Shown piece by piece: positions 9,716 through 19,843 of a stretch of 64,000 nt of DNA. A program made the position numbers and the translations under genes. This DNA comes from Dehalococcoidia bacterium (GTDB lineage: Bacteria > Chloroflexota > Dehalococcoidia > Bin125), in assembly GCA_963555985.3 (NCBI GenBank), contig OY820591.1:448001-512000 (forward strand), written 5' to 3'. Within the stretch, counting starts at the first letter, position 1. Each line of letters starts with the position of its first letter. Below the pieces are notes generated by a model. That model searched no databases, was not told where the DNA came from, and saw nothing but the letters and a program-made list of their open reading frames with translations.

Positions 9716-11614
9716 ATGACAGAACGCAACTATTGGCAGCGAATGCGACGGTCTCGCATGAGTCGGCGCGGACTCTTGCGGGCTTCGGCCCGAGCCGGGG
9801 TTGGTGCAGCCGGCCTTGCCCTGGTCGGCTGCGGCGACGATGACGACGACGCCGTCGCGCAGGTCCAGCAGCAGCAACAGCAGCAGGCTCAGCCCGCGGC
9901 TCAGGCGCAGCAGCAAGATCAGCAGCAGCAGGCCGCGCCCGCCCAGCAGCAGCAACAGGCCCAGCAACAGCAAGCCGAAGCGCAGGCGCAGCAGGCCGAA
10001 CAGCAGGAGCAGCAGGCGGCGGCTCAGCAGCAACAGGATCAGCAACAGGCGGTCGCCGCGGCTGATTCGGCGCGCGAAGGCGACACCGACTGGGAGCGCA
10101 CCGTCACCGTGGCGGTACCCAACGCGGTCGGCGGCCTCGACGTGCAGGCGCCGGGCAACTACACGCTCAAGTGGAACGGTCCGCTGCACTTCGATCAGTT
10201 GCTCCAGTACGACCTGGTCACCCGCGAGATCGTGCCGCATGTGGGGAACTTCGAGTGGATCGAGGACTTCACGGCCCTGCTCTGGCACGTCAATCCCGGG
10301 CACGCCTGGCACGATGGCACGCCGCTCACGGCTGAGGACGTCAAGTTCTCAATTGAGCGCGCCGGCGGTACTGCCGCGTACAACGAGAGCGGGACATACG
10401 AGACAGGGATCGCGTACATCATCTCCGCTGTCAACGGCACTGCGGAAGTGATCGACGACTTGACCCTGCGCCTGCCCGTCAATACTGACGTCACCGCTCC
10501 GGGCAGCGTTGGTACGACGATGCCGCTCGTCCCGAAGCACCGGATCGAAGAGCTGGGCGACGAGGGCTATAACCGCGACGGTTTGGCCAGCGGGCCGTTC
10601 CAACTCGCCAATTTCGAGCCTGACATCGAAGTCCGCAGCGTCCGCAACGACAACTATCCGATCGGCTACGAGAACCTGAACCGCAAACACCGCCCCTGGG
10701 TCAAGGAGATCGTGCAGTCGGTGCGGCCCGAGCCGGTCGCGCGACTGGCTGCGATCCAGGCAGGCGAGGCCGACGTCACACCGTCGCTTGAGTGGGAGTT
10801 GGTGCAGGAGTTCGTCGATGAGCCCGGCTACGAGGTGCTCTTCGACCCGGGCTGCTGCCCGCACACGATCTTCCCGAACACGCTGGTGCCGATGTTCGAG
10901 GACGGCTCCAACGCCTACCGCGACATCCGCGTGCGACAGGCGATGAACCACGCCGTTGACGTGGAGACGATCTACACCACGTTGGCAACCGGCCGCGAGC
11001 AGCGCGCCTACGGGATCGGCACGCGGCAACTTGGCGGGATGCAGCCCGAGCAGTCGGGTCCGCTGACGATGGAGTACGACCCTGAAAAGTCGGTCCAGCT
11101 CTTGGACGCCGCCGGCTACCCCGAAGGGTTCGAGTCGGACTTCTACGGCACCGCCGGCTTCTTCGCCTGGACCGACCAGATCGCGCTCTCGGTGCAGCAG
11201 TACCTGGATGTAGTTGGGATCCGGACGAACCTGCAACTGGATCCGCTGCCCGACTTCCGCGCGCGGATGGCGCAGCGAGACGTGCCCGGCTTGCATTACT
11301 ACTTCACCAACCAGTCGCCTGACCCGTTCCAGGTGATCAACGCCGAGGTGGCCGAAGGCGGCACGCTCTCGGTGGCGGAGTACCCCGGCTCGGGCATTCA
11401 GGAGTTGGTCGAGGCGCAGCGCTCGGAGTTCGACCCGGAGAAGCGGAAGCAGTATCTCAACGAGCTCGCCCAGCTGATCTACACCAACGCCTCCTGGCTG
11501 TTCCTCTTCGAGACCGTCGGTACCGGACTGATGCGCGACGACCTCGAGTGGGACATGAAGGGCAACTCACGCGACTACGGCGGCCTCTGGGGTATCCGGC
11601 CACTCGTCACCTAG
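9716..11614 (+). CDS. ABC transporter family-5 substrate-binding lipoprotein (Tat)
   Basis: SRRGLL twin-arginine motif, LVGC lipobox, Gln-rich linker. Family motifs WHDGTPLTAEDVKFS, SGPFQL and RVRQAMNHAVD. Confidence 0.92.
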   Translation: MTERNYWQRMRRSRMSRRGLLRASARAGVGAAGLALVGCGDDDDDAVAQVQQQQQQQAQPAAQAQQQDQQQQAAPAQQQQQAQQQQAEAQAQQAEQQEQQAAAQQQQDQQQAVAAADSAREGDTDWERTVTVAVPNAVGGLDVQAPGNYTLKWNGPLHFDQLLQYDLVTREIVPHVGNFEWIEDFTALLWHVNPGHAWHDGTPLTAEDVKFSIERAGGTAAYNESGTYETGIAYIISAVNGTAEVIDDLTLRLPVNTDVTAPGSVGTTMPLVPKHRIEELGDEGYNRDGLASGPFQLANFEPDIEVRSVRNDNYPIGYENLNRKHRPWVKEIVQSVRPEPVARLAAIQAGEADVTPSLEWELVQEFVDEPGYEVLFDPGCCPHTIFPNTLVPMFEDGSNAYRDIRVRQAMNHAVDVETIYTTLATGREQRAYGIGTRQLGGMQPEQSGPLTMEYDPEKSVQLLDAAGYPEGFESDFYGTAGFFAWTDQIALSVQQYLDVVGIRTNLQLDPLPDFRARMAQRDVPGLHYYFTNQSPDPFQVINAEVAEGGTLSVAEYPGSGIQELVEAQRSEFDPEKRKQYLNELAQLIYTNASWLFLFETVGTGLMRDDLEWDMKGNSRDYGGLWGIRPLVT

Positions 11615-11644
11615 CGTCGACCACTCCCTGCAGGAAGGCCGGAC

Positions 11645-12583
11645 ATGGGTCCGCAGAGTATCTCCGCGATCCTGATTTCGCGCCTCCTGCAGGGGATTCT
11701 GGTCGTGTTCCTGGTCGTTTCGATCGTCTTCCTGGTTTCGCGTCTGGCGCGCAACCCGGTCGAATATCTGACCACGGATGAGACCACGGTCGAAGAGAAG
11801 GAGCTGCTCAAAGAGCAGCTTGGGCTGAGCGGCCCGATCGGCATCCAGTACGTCAACTTTCTCTATGACGCGGTCCAGGGTGATCTTGGCAATTCGTTCA
11901 TCAGCGCGCGTCCGGCGTTGAGTGAGGTCAGCAGCCGCGCGGTGAAGACACTGCAGCTCGGCGTCGCCGCGCTGATCTTCTCGATGGTCCTGGGGATTCC
12001 CCTGGGGATCATTGCGGCGCTGAGACGAGCGACGCCGACGGACTGGCTGGCACGGCTGCTGGCCGTGCTCGGGCAGGCGACGCCCAACTTCTGGTTGGGC
12101 TTGATGCTGATCTTCTTCTTCTCGGTCCAGCTGGACTGGATGCCGACCGGCGGCAGCGGCGGGATCGAACACATCGTCTTGCCGACGATCACCCTGGGCT
12201 TGCTGTCCTCGGCGATCTCGATGCGATTGACCCGTTCCGGCATGATTGACGTGATGAACACCGATTTCGTCCGCACCGCGCGGGCGAAGGGCTTGCGCGA
12301 ATCGACGATCATCTGGCGTCACGCCCTGCGGCACGCCCTGCTGCCGGTGGCGACCATCCTCGGGATCCAGGTGGGATACCTGATCGCGGGCACGATCATC
12401 GTTGAGCAGGTCTTCGCCTGGCCCGGGATCGGGCGGCTGATGCTGCACACGATCACGGTGGGCGACTTCCCGGTCCTGATCGCCGCGATCCTGGTGATCT
12501 CGACCAGCATCGTGGCGGCCAACATCCTGGTCGACCTGTCCTATCCGATCATCGATCCGCGCATCCGGGCAGGAGCGCGCTAA
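11645..12583 (+). CDS. ABC peptide/nickel permease, DppB/OppB type
   Basis: Hydrophobic helices, GDLGNS, EAA-loop VRTARAKGLRE, EQVFAWPGIG. Confidence 0.92.
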   Translation: MGPQSISAILISRLLQGILVVFLVVSIVFLVSRLARNPVEYLTTDETTVEEKELLKEQLGLSGPIGIQYVNFLYDAVQGDLGNSFISARPALSEVSSRAVKTLQLGVAALIFSMVLGIPLGIIAALRRATPTDWLARLLAVLGQATPNFWLGLMLIFFFSVQLDWMPTGGSGGIEHIVLPTITLGLLSSAISMRLTRSGMIDVMNTDFVRTARAKGLRESTIIWRHALRHALLPVATILGIQVGYLIAGTIIVEQVFAWPGIGRLMLHTITVGDFPVLIAAILVISTSIVAANILVDLSYPIIDPRIRAGAR

Positions 12584-13482
12584 TGTCGACGCAGGCGGCA
12601 GCGCCCGCCAGCGGGATCATTCGCCGCCGTTTCCGTCTCGGCGTGTCGTGGCAGCGCGCTGCCTTGCTTGCCCCGGCACTGATCATCCTGGGCGTGTTTC
12701 TGGTCGCCGGGATCTTCGCCGACCTGTTGTCGGCGTACGATCCGGAAAAGATCGACCTGATCAGCCGCCTGACTCCGCCAGCGCTGCAGGAGGGCGGCAG
12801 TTGGGCGCACCCTCTGGGTACCGACAACCTTGGCCGCGACATTCTCTCGCGGGTGATGCACGGCGCGCGAGTGTCGCTGCTGGTGGTGGTGACCTGTATC
12901 CCGGCGTCGGCCTTGATTGGGACACTGATCGGTTTGCTGGCGGGCTGGCGCGTGGGCTGGTGGGACCGGCTGCTGATGCGGCTCGTGGATGTGCAGTTGG
13001 CGTTGCCGGCGCTGCTCTTCGCGCTGTTGATTTCGGTGGTCTTCGGTCGCAGCCTGCTCAATGTGATCGTGATCATCATCATCTTCAGTTGGTCCGGCTA
13101 CGCCCGGCTGGTCAGGGCCGACGTACTCTCGCTGCGCGAGCAGGAGTTTGTCGTCGCCGCGCGGGCCAGCGGAGCCAGCGACAGACGCATCCTCTTCCGG
13201 CACGTCTTGCCCAACATCGTCAACACGATCGTGATCATGGCGACTCTGGACGTGCCGGCCGTGATCCTGATCGAGGCGGCGCTCAGCTTCCTCAACATCG
13301 GGGTCGCGCCGGGCACGCCCTCGTGGGGCGCGATGATCTCAGAGGGTCGCAACTTCATGACGATCGCCTGGTGGCCGATCTGGATGCCGGGGATCGCGAT
13401 CCTGTTGGTCTCACTGACCGGCAACCTGATGGGCGACTGGCTGCGGGATACGTTGGATCCGCGCTTACGCAACGTCCGCTAG
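12583..13482 (+). CDS. ABC peptide/nickel permease, DppC/OppC type
   Basis: HPLGTDNLGRD, EFVVAARASGA, EAALSFL, PSWGAMI. Confidence 0.92.
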   Translation: MSTQAAAPASGIIRRRFRLGVSWQRAALLAPALIILGVFLVAGIFADLLSAYDPEKIDLISRLTPPALQEGGSWAHPLGTDNLGRDILSRVMHGARVSLLVVVTCIPASALIGTLIGLLAGWRVGWWDRLLMRLVDVQLALPALLFALLISVVFGRSLLNVIVIIIIFSWSGYARLVRADVLSLREQEFVVAARASGASDRRILFRHVLPNIVNTIVIMATLDVPAVILIEAALSFLNIGVAPGTPSWGAMISEGRNFMTIAWWPIWMPGIAILLVSLTGNLMGDWLRDTLDPRLRNVR

Positions 13483-13570
13483 CGACACGGACAATCTGAG
13501 CCACCGTTCAACTCTCGAAACTCACCATCCAAGGAATTCCTTACGTATTTTTGAAGGAACCCCCTGATCG

Positions 13571-13599
13571 TTGCAACCTTGTGTGGGTCATGTCATATT
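13571..13599 (+). promoter_or_regulatory. Putative sigma70-type promoter
   Basis: TTGCAA-N17-CATATT upstream of the SBP gene. Confidence 0.55.
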
Positions 13600-13610
13600 G
13601 ACGCTGCACC

Positions 13611-13663
13611 AGAGAGTGGGTCCCACACAGAGAGTGGGTCCCACACAGAGAGTGGGTCCCACC
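13611..13663 (+). repeat. 18-bp tandem repeat x3 in the 5' UTR
   Basis: Two exact copies of AGAGAGTGGGTCCCACAC plus AGAGAGTGGGTCCCACC, directly before the ATG at 13664. Confidence 0.95.
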
Positions 13664-15550
13664 ATGAGCGAACAAAACTACTGGCAGCGGCTGCGGCGCA
13701 AGAGGATGTCGAGGCGCTCGCTCTTGCGCGCTTCCGCCCGCGCCGGAGTCGGTGCGGCCGGACTGGCGCTCGTCGGCTGCGGCGGCGATGACGACGACGA
13801 TGGGCAGCAGGCCGCCGCTCAGACTCAACAGCAAGCCGAACAGCAGCAACAGGCCGCCGAACAGCAGGCGATGCAACAGGAGCAGCAGGAGCAGACTCAA
13901 CAGGAGGCGGACGAGCAGGCAGCAGTCGCTCAGGCGCAGCAGCAGGCCCAGGCCCAGGCAGCTCAGGATGTGCGCCGCGGCGGTACCTGGAGGATTTCGG
14001 ACGCGTTCGCTCCGCAGTGGGGCTTCGACCCACTGGTGACTCCCTCGGGCGGTGACCACTACCAGTCGATCCCGATCTTCTACGACCGCCTGCTCAACTA
14101 CGACGCGCAGGGCGCAGCGTTGCCGATGCTCGCGGAGGCGTGGGAGATCCCCGACGACGTGACCTACGTGTTCAGCCTGCGACCGGGACTGACCTATCAC
14201 GACGGAACGGCCGTCGACGCCGCCTCGATCCAGACCAACATGGACCGAATCGTCAACATCGAGGAAGAGAGCGTCGAGGCGACGCCGAATCAACGTGCGG
14301 TCACGCTCGGTCAGACGATGGCAAACTCCGAGGCGATCGACGACGTGACCTGGCGGTACGTGGCCAACGAGGTCTTCGCGCCAACGCTGTCGCTGTTCTA
14401 CGGCAAACCGCCGGGCATCGCGCCGATTGCGCCCGACTCGTTTGACACCGCCGTGACGCATCCGGTCGGGGCCGGCCCCTTCACCTTTGACAACTACATC
14501 GAAGGTCAGGAACTGACCGCCACCAGGTTCCCGGACTACTGGAACGCCGAGAACATCTACTTCGACAACTACAGCTTTGAGATCCTGCCGGACTCGAACA
14601 CGCAGTGGTTGGCTTTCCTGGGCGGTGACCATGATGTGGTTCGTGTTCCCGGATCACTGGCTGCCGACGCCGACCAGATGGCGGACATCGAAGATGACGG
14701 CTTCGTCGTACTGGGCGACGTATCGAGCGTCTTCGTCCAGACCTGGTTCAATATCAATCCCAGCGGGCCGGAGGAGCTGACGATCTGGCGCGACCCGCGC
14801 ATGCGGCACGCGATCAACCTGGCGACCGACCGCCACGCGATCAACGACGCCGCCTTCAACGGGACCGGCGCGGCCTCGCGCGCGCCGATCGGCGTGACCA
14901 CGCCGCTGCTGCCCAAGGATGTCGACTGGTACGACGACTCGCCCAACCCGGCCGAAGCGGTCAAGCTGATCGACGCCGCCGGCTACACCGGTCAGGTGAC
15001 CGGCGACATGATGACCTACAGCATCGACCCACTCTATCTCGGTACGAGGCCGATGCACGCTCAGCTCGCGGAAGTCGGCATGGACTTCAACCTGGTTGAG
15101 GGCACGATCGCCGGCATCGTTGACCGCCTCTTCCAGGCGGAGGACTACGCCATCGCGGTACTCAGTTGGGAGTCGCCATTCGACCCGGATCAGATCCTGC
15201 GGCCGAGCATGAACGGACTGCGCGAGTGGTACTACAGCGGCGGGCGCGAGCAGTACGACGAGCTGCTGGCAGCCGGCAGCGAGTATGAGGTTGGTCTGGA
15301 AGAAGCGTCACGCCTGCAAGACCTGACGGCGCGCACGACGGACTTTGAGGAACGCGTGAAACGCTACGCCGAGTTCTTCGAAGTCTATGTCGAAGGCGCG
15401 TACACCGTGCCAATCATCCACTACCCGCTCAACTACGGATTCTCACCGGGGGTCAGACATACCGGGGACATCAACAGTCTGTTCCGAGGCTGCGATGGAA
15501 TCGGAGGGACGGCCGACATGCTGGCTGGGGTCTACAAGGTGGATACGTAG
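13664..15550 (+). CDS. ABC transporter family-5 substrate-binding lipoprotein (Tat)
   Basis: MSEQNYWQR..SRRSLL..LVGC, Gln-rich linker, PMLAEAWE, YHDGTAVDA, GAGPF, DPRMRHAINLA. Confidence 0.92.
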   Translation: MSEQNYWQRLRRKRMSRRSLLRASARAGVGAAGLALVGCGGDDDDDGQQAAAQTQQQAEQQQQAAEQQAMQQEQQEQTQQEADEQAAVAQAQQQAQAQAAQDVRRGGTWRISDAFAPQWGFDPLVTPSGGDHYQSIPIFYDRLLNYDAQGAALPMLAEAWEIPDDVTYVFSLRPGLTYHDGTAVDAASIQTNMDRIVNIEEESVEATPNQRAVTLGQTMANSEAIDDVTWRYVANEVFAPTLSLFYGKPPGIAPIAPDSFDTAVTHPVGAGPFTFDNYIEGQELTATRFPDYWNAENIYFDNYSFEILPDSNTQWLAFLGGDHDVVRVPGSLAADADQMADIEDDGFVVLGDVSSVFVQTWFNINPSGPEELTIWRDPRMRHAINLATDRHAINDAAFNGTGAASRAPIGVTTPLLPKDVDWYDDSPNPAEAVKLIDAAGYTGQVTGDMMTYSIDPLYLGTRPMHAQLAEVGMDFNLVEGTIAGIVDRLFQAEDYAIAVLSWESPFDPDQILRPSMNGLREWYYSGGREQYDELLAAGSEYEVGLEEASRLQDLTARTTDFEERVKRYAEFFEVYVEGAYTVPIIHYPLNYGFSPGVRHTGDINSLFRGCDGIGGTADMLAGVYKVDT

Positions 15551-15552
15551 GT

Positions 15553-15624
15553 AGATGCGGCGTGACGGGTCTCCCGTTCGGGAATCAGACACGCCGCGAT
15601 CTCCCCGCTGCTTGAACGGGAGAC
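15553..15624 (+). other. Structured intercistronic RNA (possible pseudoknot)
   Basis: Stem GCGGCGTG (15557-64) / CACGCCGC (15590-97). Loop sequence GTCTCCCGTTC (15569-79) is perfectly complementary to GAACGGGAGAC (15614-24). Confidence 0.45.
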
Positions 15625-15658
15625 ATCTTCCTGAGCGGGAAGCCCTGGAGTCCGGTCG

Positions 15659-16615
15659 ATGATCAGCTACATCGGGGCGCGCTTTCTCTCGTCGTTGTTG
15701 GTCCTCTTCATTGTCAGTGTCGTCGCGTTCGTCTTGATGAACGTGGTCGAGGGCGATCCGGCCCGGGCGATGCTGGAGCTCAACGCGACGGAGGAGAAGC
15801 TCGCGGCCGTGCGGGCCAGTCTCGGTCTCGACAAGCCGCTGCACGAGCGCTATGCCCACTGGATCTACAACGCCTTCCAGGGCGACCTCGGTTTGGCGCT
15901 GACGTCCAGAATTCCGATCACCGAACTATTTCGGGAAAAACTCGTGCCGACGATGCAGTTGGGCATTCTCGCCCTGATTGTCGTGCTCTGTCTCTCGATC
16001 CCGGTCGGCGTACTCGCCGCGCTGCGGCCCGGCTCCAAGACGGAGGTGGCGGCCAGCACATCGATGATCGTGGGCGCCTCGATCCCGGAATATCTCAGCG
16101 GCATTGCGCTCGTCTACATCGTCGGCTTCGAGCTCGAATGGTTGCCCCGCACCGGCTACGTGCCGTTAAGCGAGGACGTGATCGAGAGTCTGAAGCACAT
16201 GGTGTTGCCTGTGATCGCGCTGTCGCTGATCTCGACCACACTGGTCATGCGGCAGACACGCTCGGCGATGATCAACGTGCTCCAGGACGACTACATCCGT
16301 ACCGCGCGGGCCAAAGGTCTGCGCGACCGGGCCGTGATTGTTCGCCACGGACTTCGTAACGCCATGATCCCCGTGATCACGGTGCTCGGCTTCCAGGTCG
16401 GCGTGGTCTTCGGCGGCGCGGTGATCACCGAGCAGGTCTTTGCCATCCCCGGCATGGGCCGGCTGTTCGTGCAGTCGGTGGTGCAGGTCCAGGACTACTC
16501 CGTGGTCCAGAACCTGGTCATGTTCTTCGCGATTATCACGGTCGCCGTCAACCTGTTGGTCGATTTGACCTACCCGCTGATTGACCCGCGCATTCGGCAA
16601 GGGATCAGCGCATGA
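15659..16615 (+). CDS. ABC permease, DppB/OppB type
   Basis: GDPARAML, GDLG, YIRTARAKGL, EQVFAIPGMG. Confidence 0.92.
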   Translation: MISYIGARFLSSLLVLFIVSVVAFVLMNVVEGDPARAMLELNATEEKLAAVRASLGLDKPLHERYAHWIYNAFQGDLGLALTSRIPITELFREKLVPTMQLGILALIVVLCLSIPVGVLAALRPGSKTEVAASTSMIVGASIPEYLSGIALVYIVGFELEWLPRTGYVPLSEDVIESLKHMVLPVIALSLISTTLVMRQTRSAMINVLQDDYIRTARAKGLRDRAVIVRHGLRNAMIPVITVLGFQVGVVFGGAVITEQVFAIPGMGRLFVQSVVQVQDYSVVQNLVMFFAIITVAVNLLVDLTYPLIDPRIRQGISA

Positions 16616-17538
16616 GCCTTGCCGAGCCGGCCACGGATGCCGTTCAGATTGCCGCCCGGCAATCCTGGCGCGACAGCCCGCGGGTCGAGCTCGCGCTGCG
16701 CGTGCTGCGCATCTACGTGCGCAATCGGCCGGCGGTGTTTGGCGCCTTCATCCTCTTCGGCCTCGGCATCGTCGCAGCCTTCGCGCCGTTCGTGGCGCCC
16801 TACGATCCGCTCGGCGCCGACCTGTGCAGCGAGTGCGTCTTCCAGGCACCGACTCTGGACCATGTCGCCGGCACCGACCTGCTGGGACGCGACGTGCTCA
16901 GCCGCACGATCTTCGGCGCCAGGATCGCCTGGCAGGTCGTGGTCGTGGCGATCGGCGTGGCGATCTGCATCGGCGTGCCGACCGGCCTGGTCGCCGGCTA
17001 TGTCGGCGGCAAGCTGGACGAGCTGCTGATCATGCGGATCGTCGACGCGCTCATGGCGATGCCGGCGCTGATTCTGATCCTGGCAATGACGGCCGCGGTC
17101 GGTCCCAACATCATCAACACGATGCTGATCATCGGGATCGTCTGGTCGGCCGGTTACGCCCGGCTGACGCGCGGAGTGGTGTTGTCGATCATGCAGGAAC
17201 CGTACGTCGACGCGGCCAGATCAATGGGTGCCGGACCACAACGGATCATCCTGCGCCACCTGATGCCCAACGTAGTTGCTCCTGTTGTTGTGTTGGCCTC
17301 GCTCTCCGCAGCGGCAATCATTCTTGTTGAGGCGGGATTGAGCTTCATCGGCGCCGGCGTCCAGCAACCGACTCCGGCCTGGGGGGGCATGGTCTTCGAG
17401 GGCTACTCGAACCTCTTCCGCTCGGCCTGGCCAATCGCCGCGCCGGGCATCGCCGTCGTGCTGATGGTGGTCAGCTTCAACTTCGTCGGCGACGGCCTGC
17501 GCGACGCGATGGATCCACGCCTGCGCAACGTCCGCTGA
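16612..17538 (+). CDS. ABC permease, DppC/OppC type
   Basis: GTDLLGRD, YVDAARSMGA, EAGLSFIG, PAWGGM. Confidence 0.92.
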   Translation: MSLAEPATDAVQIAARQSWRDSPRVELALRVLRIYVRNRPAVFGAFILFGLGIVAAFAPFVAPYDPLGADLCSECVFQAPTLDHVAGTDLLGRDVLSRTIFGARIAWQVVVVAIGVAICIGVPTGLVAGYVGGKLDELLIMRIVDALMAMPALILILAMTAAVGPNIINTMLIIGIVWSAGYARLTRGVVLSIMQEPYVDAARSMGAGPQRIILRHLMPNVVAPVVVLASLSAAAIILVEAGLSFIGAGVQQPTPAWGGMVFEGYSNLFRSAWPIAAPGIAVVLMVVSFNFVGDGLRDAMDPRLRNVR

Positions 17539-17602
17539 CTTTCGCTCCGCGACCACCCGATAGCATCGAAGCGCTGCCTCGGCTCATTCAAGGAGCGCCT
17601 CG

Positions 17603-18721
17603 ATGACCACGATCACCGCCGTTCGCTCGCGCATGCTGCGGATTCCGCTCGATAATCCGACCTCGTTCTCCAACCGCACCGTCACTCACCGCGACCATCC
17701 CATAGTCGAGGTCGAGTGCGACGACGGACACACGGGGATTGGCTTTTGCTACGCCGGCAACTCGAACGGTCAGTTGGTCACGTCGGCGATTGATGGTCTG
17801 TTCGCGCCGTTGCTCCTTGGCCAGGACCCGTTCCGGGTCGAAGGTCTCTGGGCCGAGATGTACCAGGAAGCGTTGCTGCACGGCCGCGCCGGCTCGACGA
17901 TTCGCGCTCTGTCGATGCTCGACATCGCGCTCTGGGATCACAACGCGAAGGCGGCGGGGCTGCCGCTCTACAAGCTGCTGGGCGGCTACTACGAGGAGAC
18001 CGTGCCGGCGTATGCGTCGGGCGGGTACTACCTCGAGGGCAAGGGTCACGAGGGGTTGCAGCAGGAGCTGCTGGGCTACGTGGAGCTGGGTTTTGATGCG
18101 GTCAAGATCAAGGTTGGGCGGCTGTCGGTGCGGGAGGAGGCGTCGCGGATGCAGGCGGCGCGGGAGGCCGTCGGACCCGATGTCCACGTCATGCTCGACG
18201 CCAACAACGCCTGGTCGAACCTCGAAGACGCGCTGCGCTACATGGCAGCCTATGAACCATCGAATCCGTACTGGATTGAGGAACCGTTCAGCCCCGACGC
18301 GATCAATCTGCACGCGAAGCTGGCGCAGCGGACGAGCATACCGGTGGCGACCGGTGAGATCGAGGTCGGGCGCTGGCGCTTCAAGGACTTGATGGACCAG
18401 GACGCGGCGATGATCCTGCAACCGGATGCGGCTGTGCTGGGCGGCGTGACTGAGTTTCGGCGGATTGCGAATACGGCGGCGTCGTACGGGGTCTCGATCT
18501 GTCCGCACTGGTTCCATGATCTGCATCGGCACCTGGTGGCGGCGTCGCCGAATGCGACGTATGTGGAGTTCTTCCCGGACGATCAGGTGCACAACTTCCG
18601 CAATGTGATCGACCGTCAGACGGAGGTACGTGACGGCCGGCTGGTGTTGCCGGATACGCCGGGCCTGGGGTTTGAGTTCTTGCCGGAAGCGTTGGCGCGC
18701 TATGCGGTCGGCGGCGAATGA
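17603..18721 (+). CDS. Mandelate racemase/muconate lactonizing enzyme family protein
   Basis: DIALWD, KIK, metal ligands in LDAN, IEEP and TGE, His in CPHW, C-terminal PGLG. Confidence 0.9.
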   Translation: MTTITAVRSRMLRIPLDNPTSFSNRTVTHRDHPIVEVECDDGHTGIGFCYAGNSNGQLVTSAIDGLFAPLLLGQDPFRVEGLWAEMYQEALLHGRAGSTIRALSMLDIALWDHNAKAAGLPLYKLLGGYYEETVPAYASGGYYLEGKGHEGLQQELLGYVELGFDAVKIKVGRLSVREEASRMQAAREAVGPDVHVMLDANNAWSNLEDALRYMAAYEPSNPYWIEEPFSPDAINLHAKLAQRTSIPVATGEIEVGRWRFKDLMDQDAAMILQPDAAVLGGVTEFRRIANTAASYGVSICPHWFHDLHRHLVAASPNATYVEFFPDDQVHNFRNVIDRQTEVRDGRLVLPDTPGLGFEFLPEALARYAVGGE

Positions 18722-18745
18722 ACGGCGCCGACCGCCAGGCGTTCG

Positions 18746-19843
18746 CTATCCACCCGGCATGGGTGGTGTCTCCGGGGATGAGTCAGCGTCGGCGATCGTG
18801 AAGTCGGTAGCGGCTGGCACCAGGTTGATTGCCGCCCCGGGTGGGATCTCGAAATCCCCCACCGCTGAGATCAGAACGCCGTCATCTAGACCAATGGTGC
18901 TCGCCGAGACGCCGTAGCTCTGCGCCACGCCTTGGTCGTAGTAGATGACGCCGCTGTAGTTCGGCAGCGCGGCCAGAAACTCGGACGCCTTGATCGGCAC
19001 GGAGGCCATCCAGGTGGCGTTACCCTGCTCGTCCACAGGCGAGATCGCCGCCGCCACTTCGCCGGCCAGCGAGGTGGTGTAGAGCGAGCCGGGGCCGTAG
19101 TCGAGATCGGAGATCTGGGCGCAGATCAACTGCGGGCTGGCCGTCGGCTGGCCGCGCATCAGCTCCCAGTAGGGCAGGTAGAGCGAGGAATCGCCGTAGA
19201 TGTCGCTGTCCGCATCGAAGGGCGACATCAGGTCGGCGTCGGCCGCGTAGTTGCCGTCGTCGTCCGGGTTGTACTTACCGTTGTAACGCGCGATCAGGGG
19301 AATGCCCTCGCCCTGGGGAGCGGGCAAGCAGACATTGATCGGCTCGCTCAGGGCGCCCGCGATGCGCCGGCTGCGGTTCGGCGCGTCCGTCCATTCCTCC
19401 AAGTCTTTGCGCTCGTAGATGGCGTAGAGCTGGAAATCGTAGACCGGGCTGAGCCAGGGCGTGATGTAGCGGTGATTGCTGATCGTGAAGGCGGTGCGGC
19501 CGTTGTACCAGGGCTGGTAGGAAGTCTCGCGGTGCGCGTAGCCCCAGGTCTGGCTGGGCACCGCGTAGACACCCACCATGCGATCCTTGATCGTCGAATC
19601 GAGGTGGTTGAAGACGTTGAAGATATTGGCGTTGAAGGTGACGCTGCCGCAGGGCAGATGGCCTTCGCCCGGGTCGCGTTCGCAGCGGATCACGCAGGTG
19701 CGCTCGGTGGTGGGAATCTTCAGCGTGATCGGGCCGGGCGAATCGGGGCTCACCGGCGCCACGTCGCTGCGGCAGACCGACGCCTCCAGCTCGGCCCGGT
19801 CCTGGGCCAAGAGCCTGGCCGACCGCAGGAATGAGTAGGTCAC
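18746..19843 (-). repeat. About 1.1-kb duplicated 3' module, copy 1 (partner at 22721-23812)
   Basis: Long identical DNA tracts. Both proteins share VTYSFLRSARLLAQDRAELE...SSPETPPMPGG. Confidence 0.9.

Noticed and set aside
13611-13663. CRISPR array (also considered for 54407-54793 and the 10-bp arrays)
   Set aside because: There are no unique spacers and no cas genes; these are direct tandem repeats.
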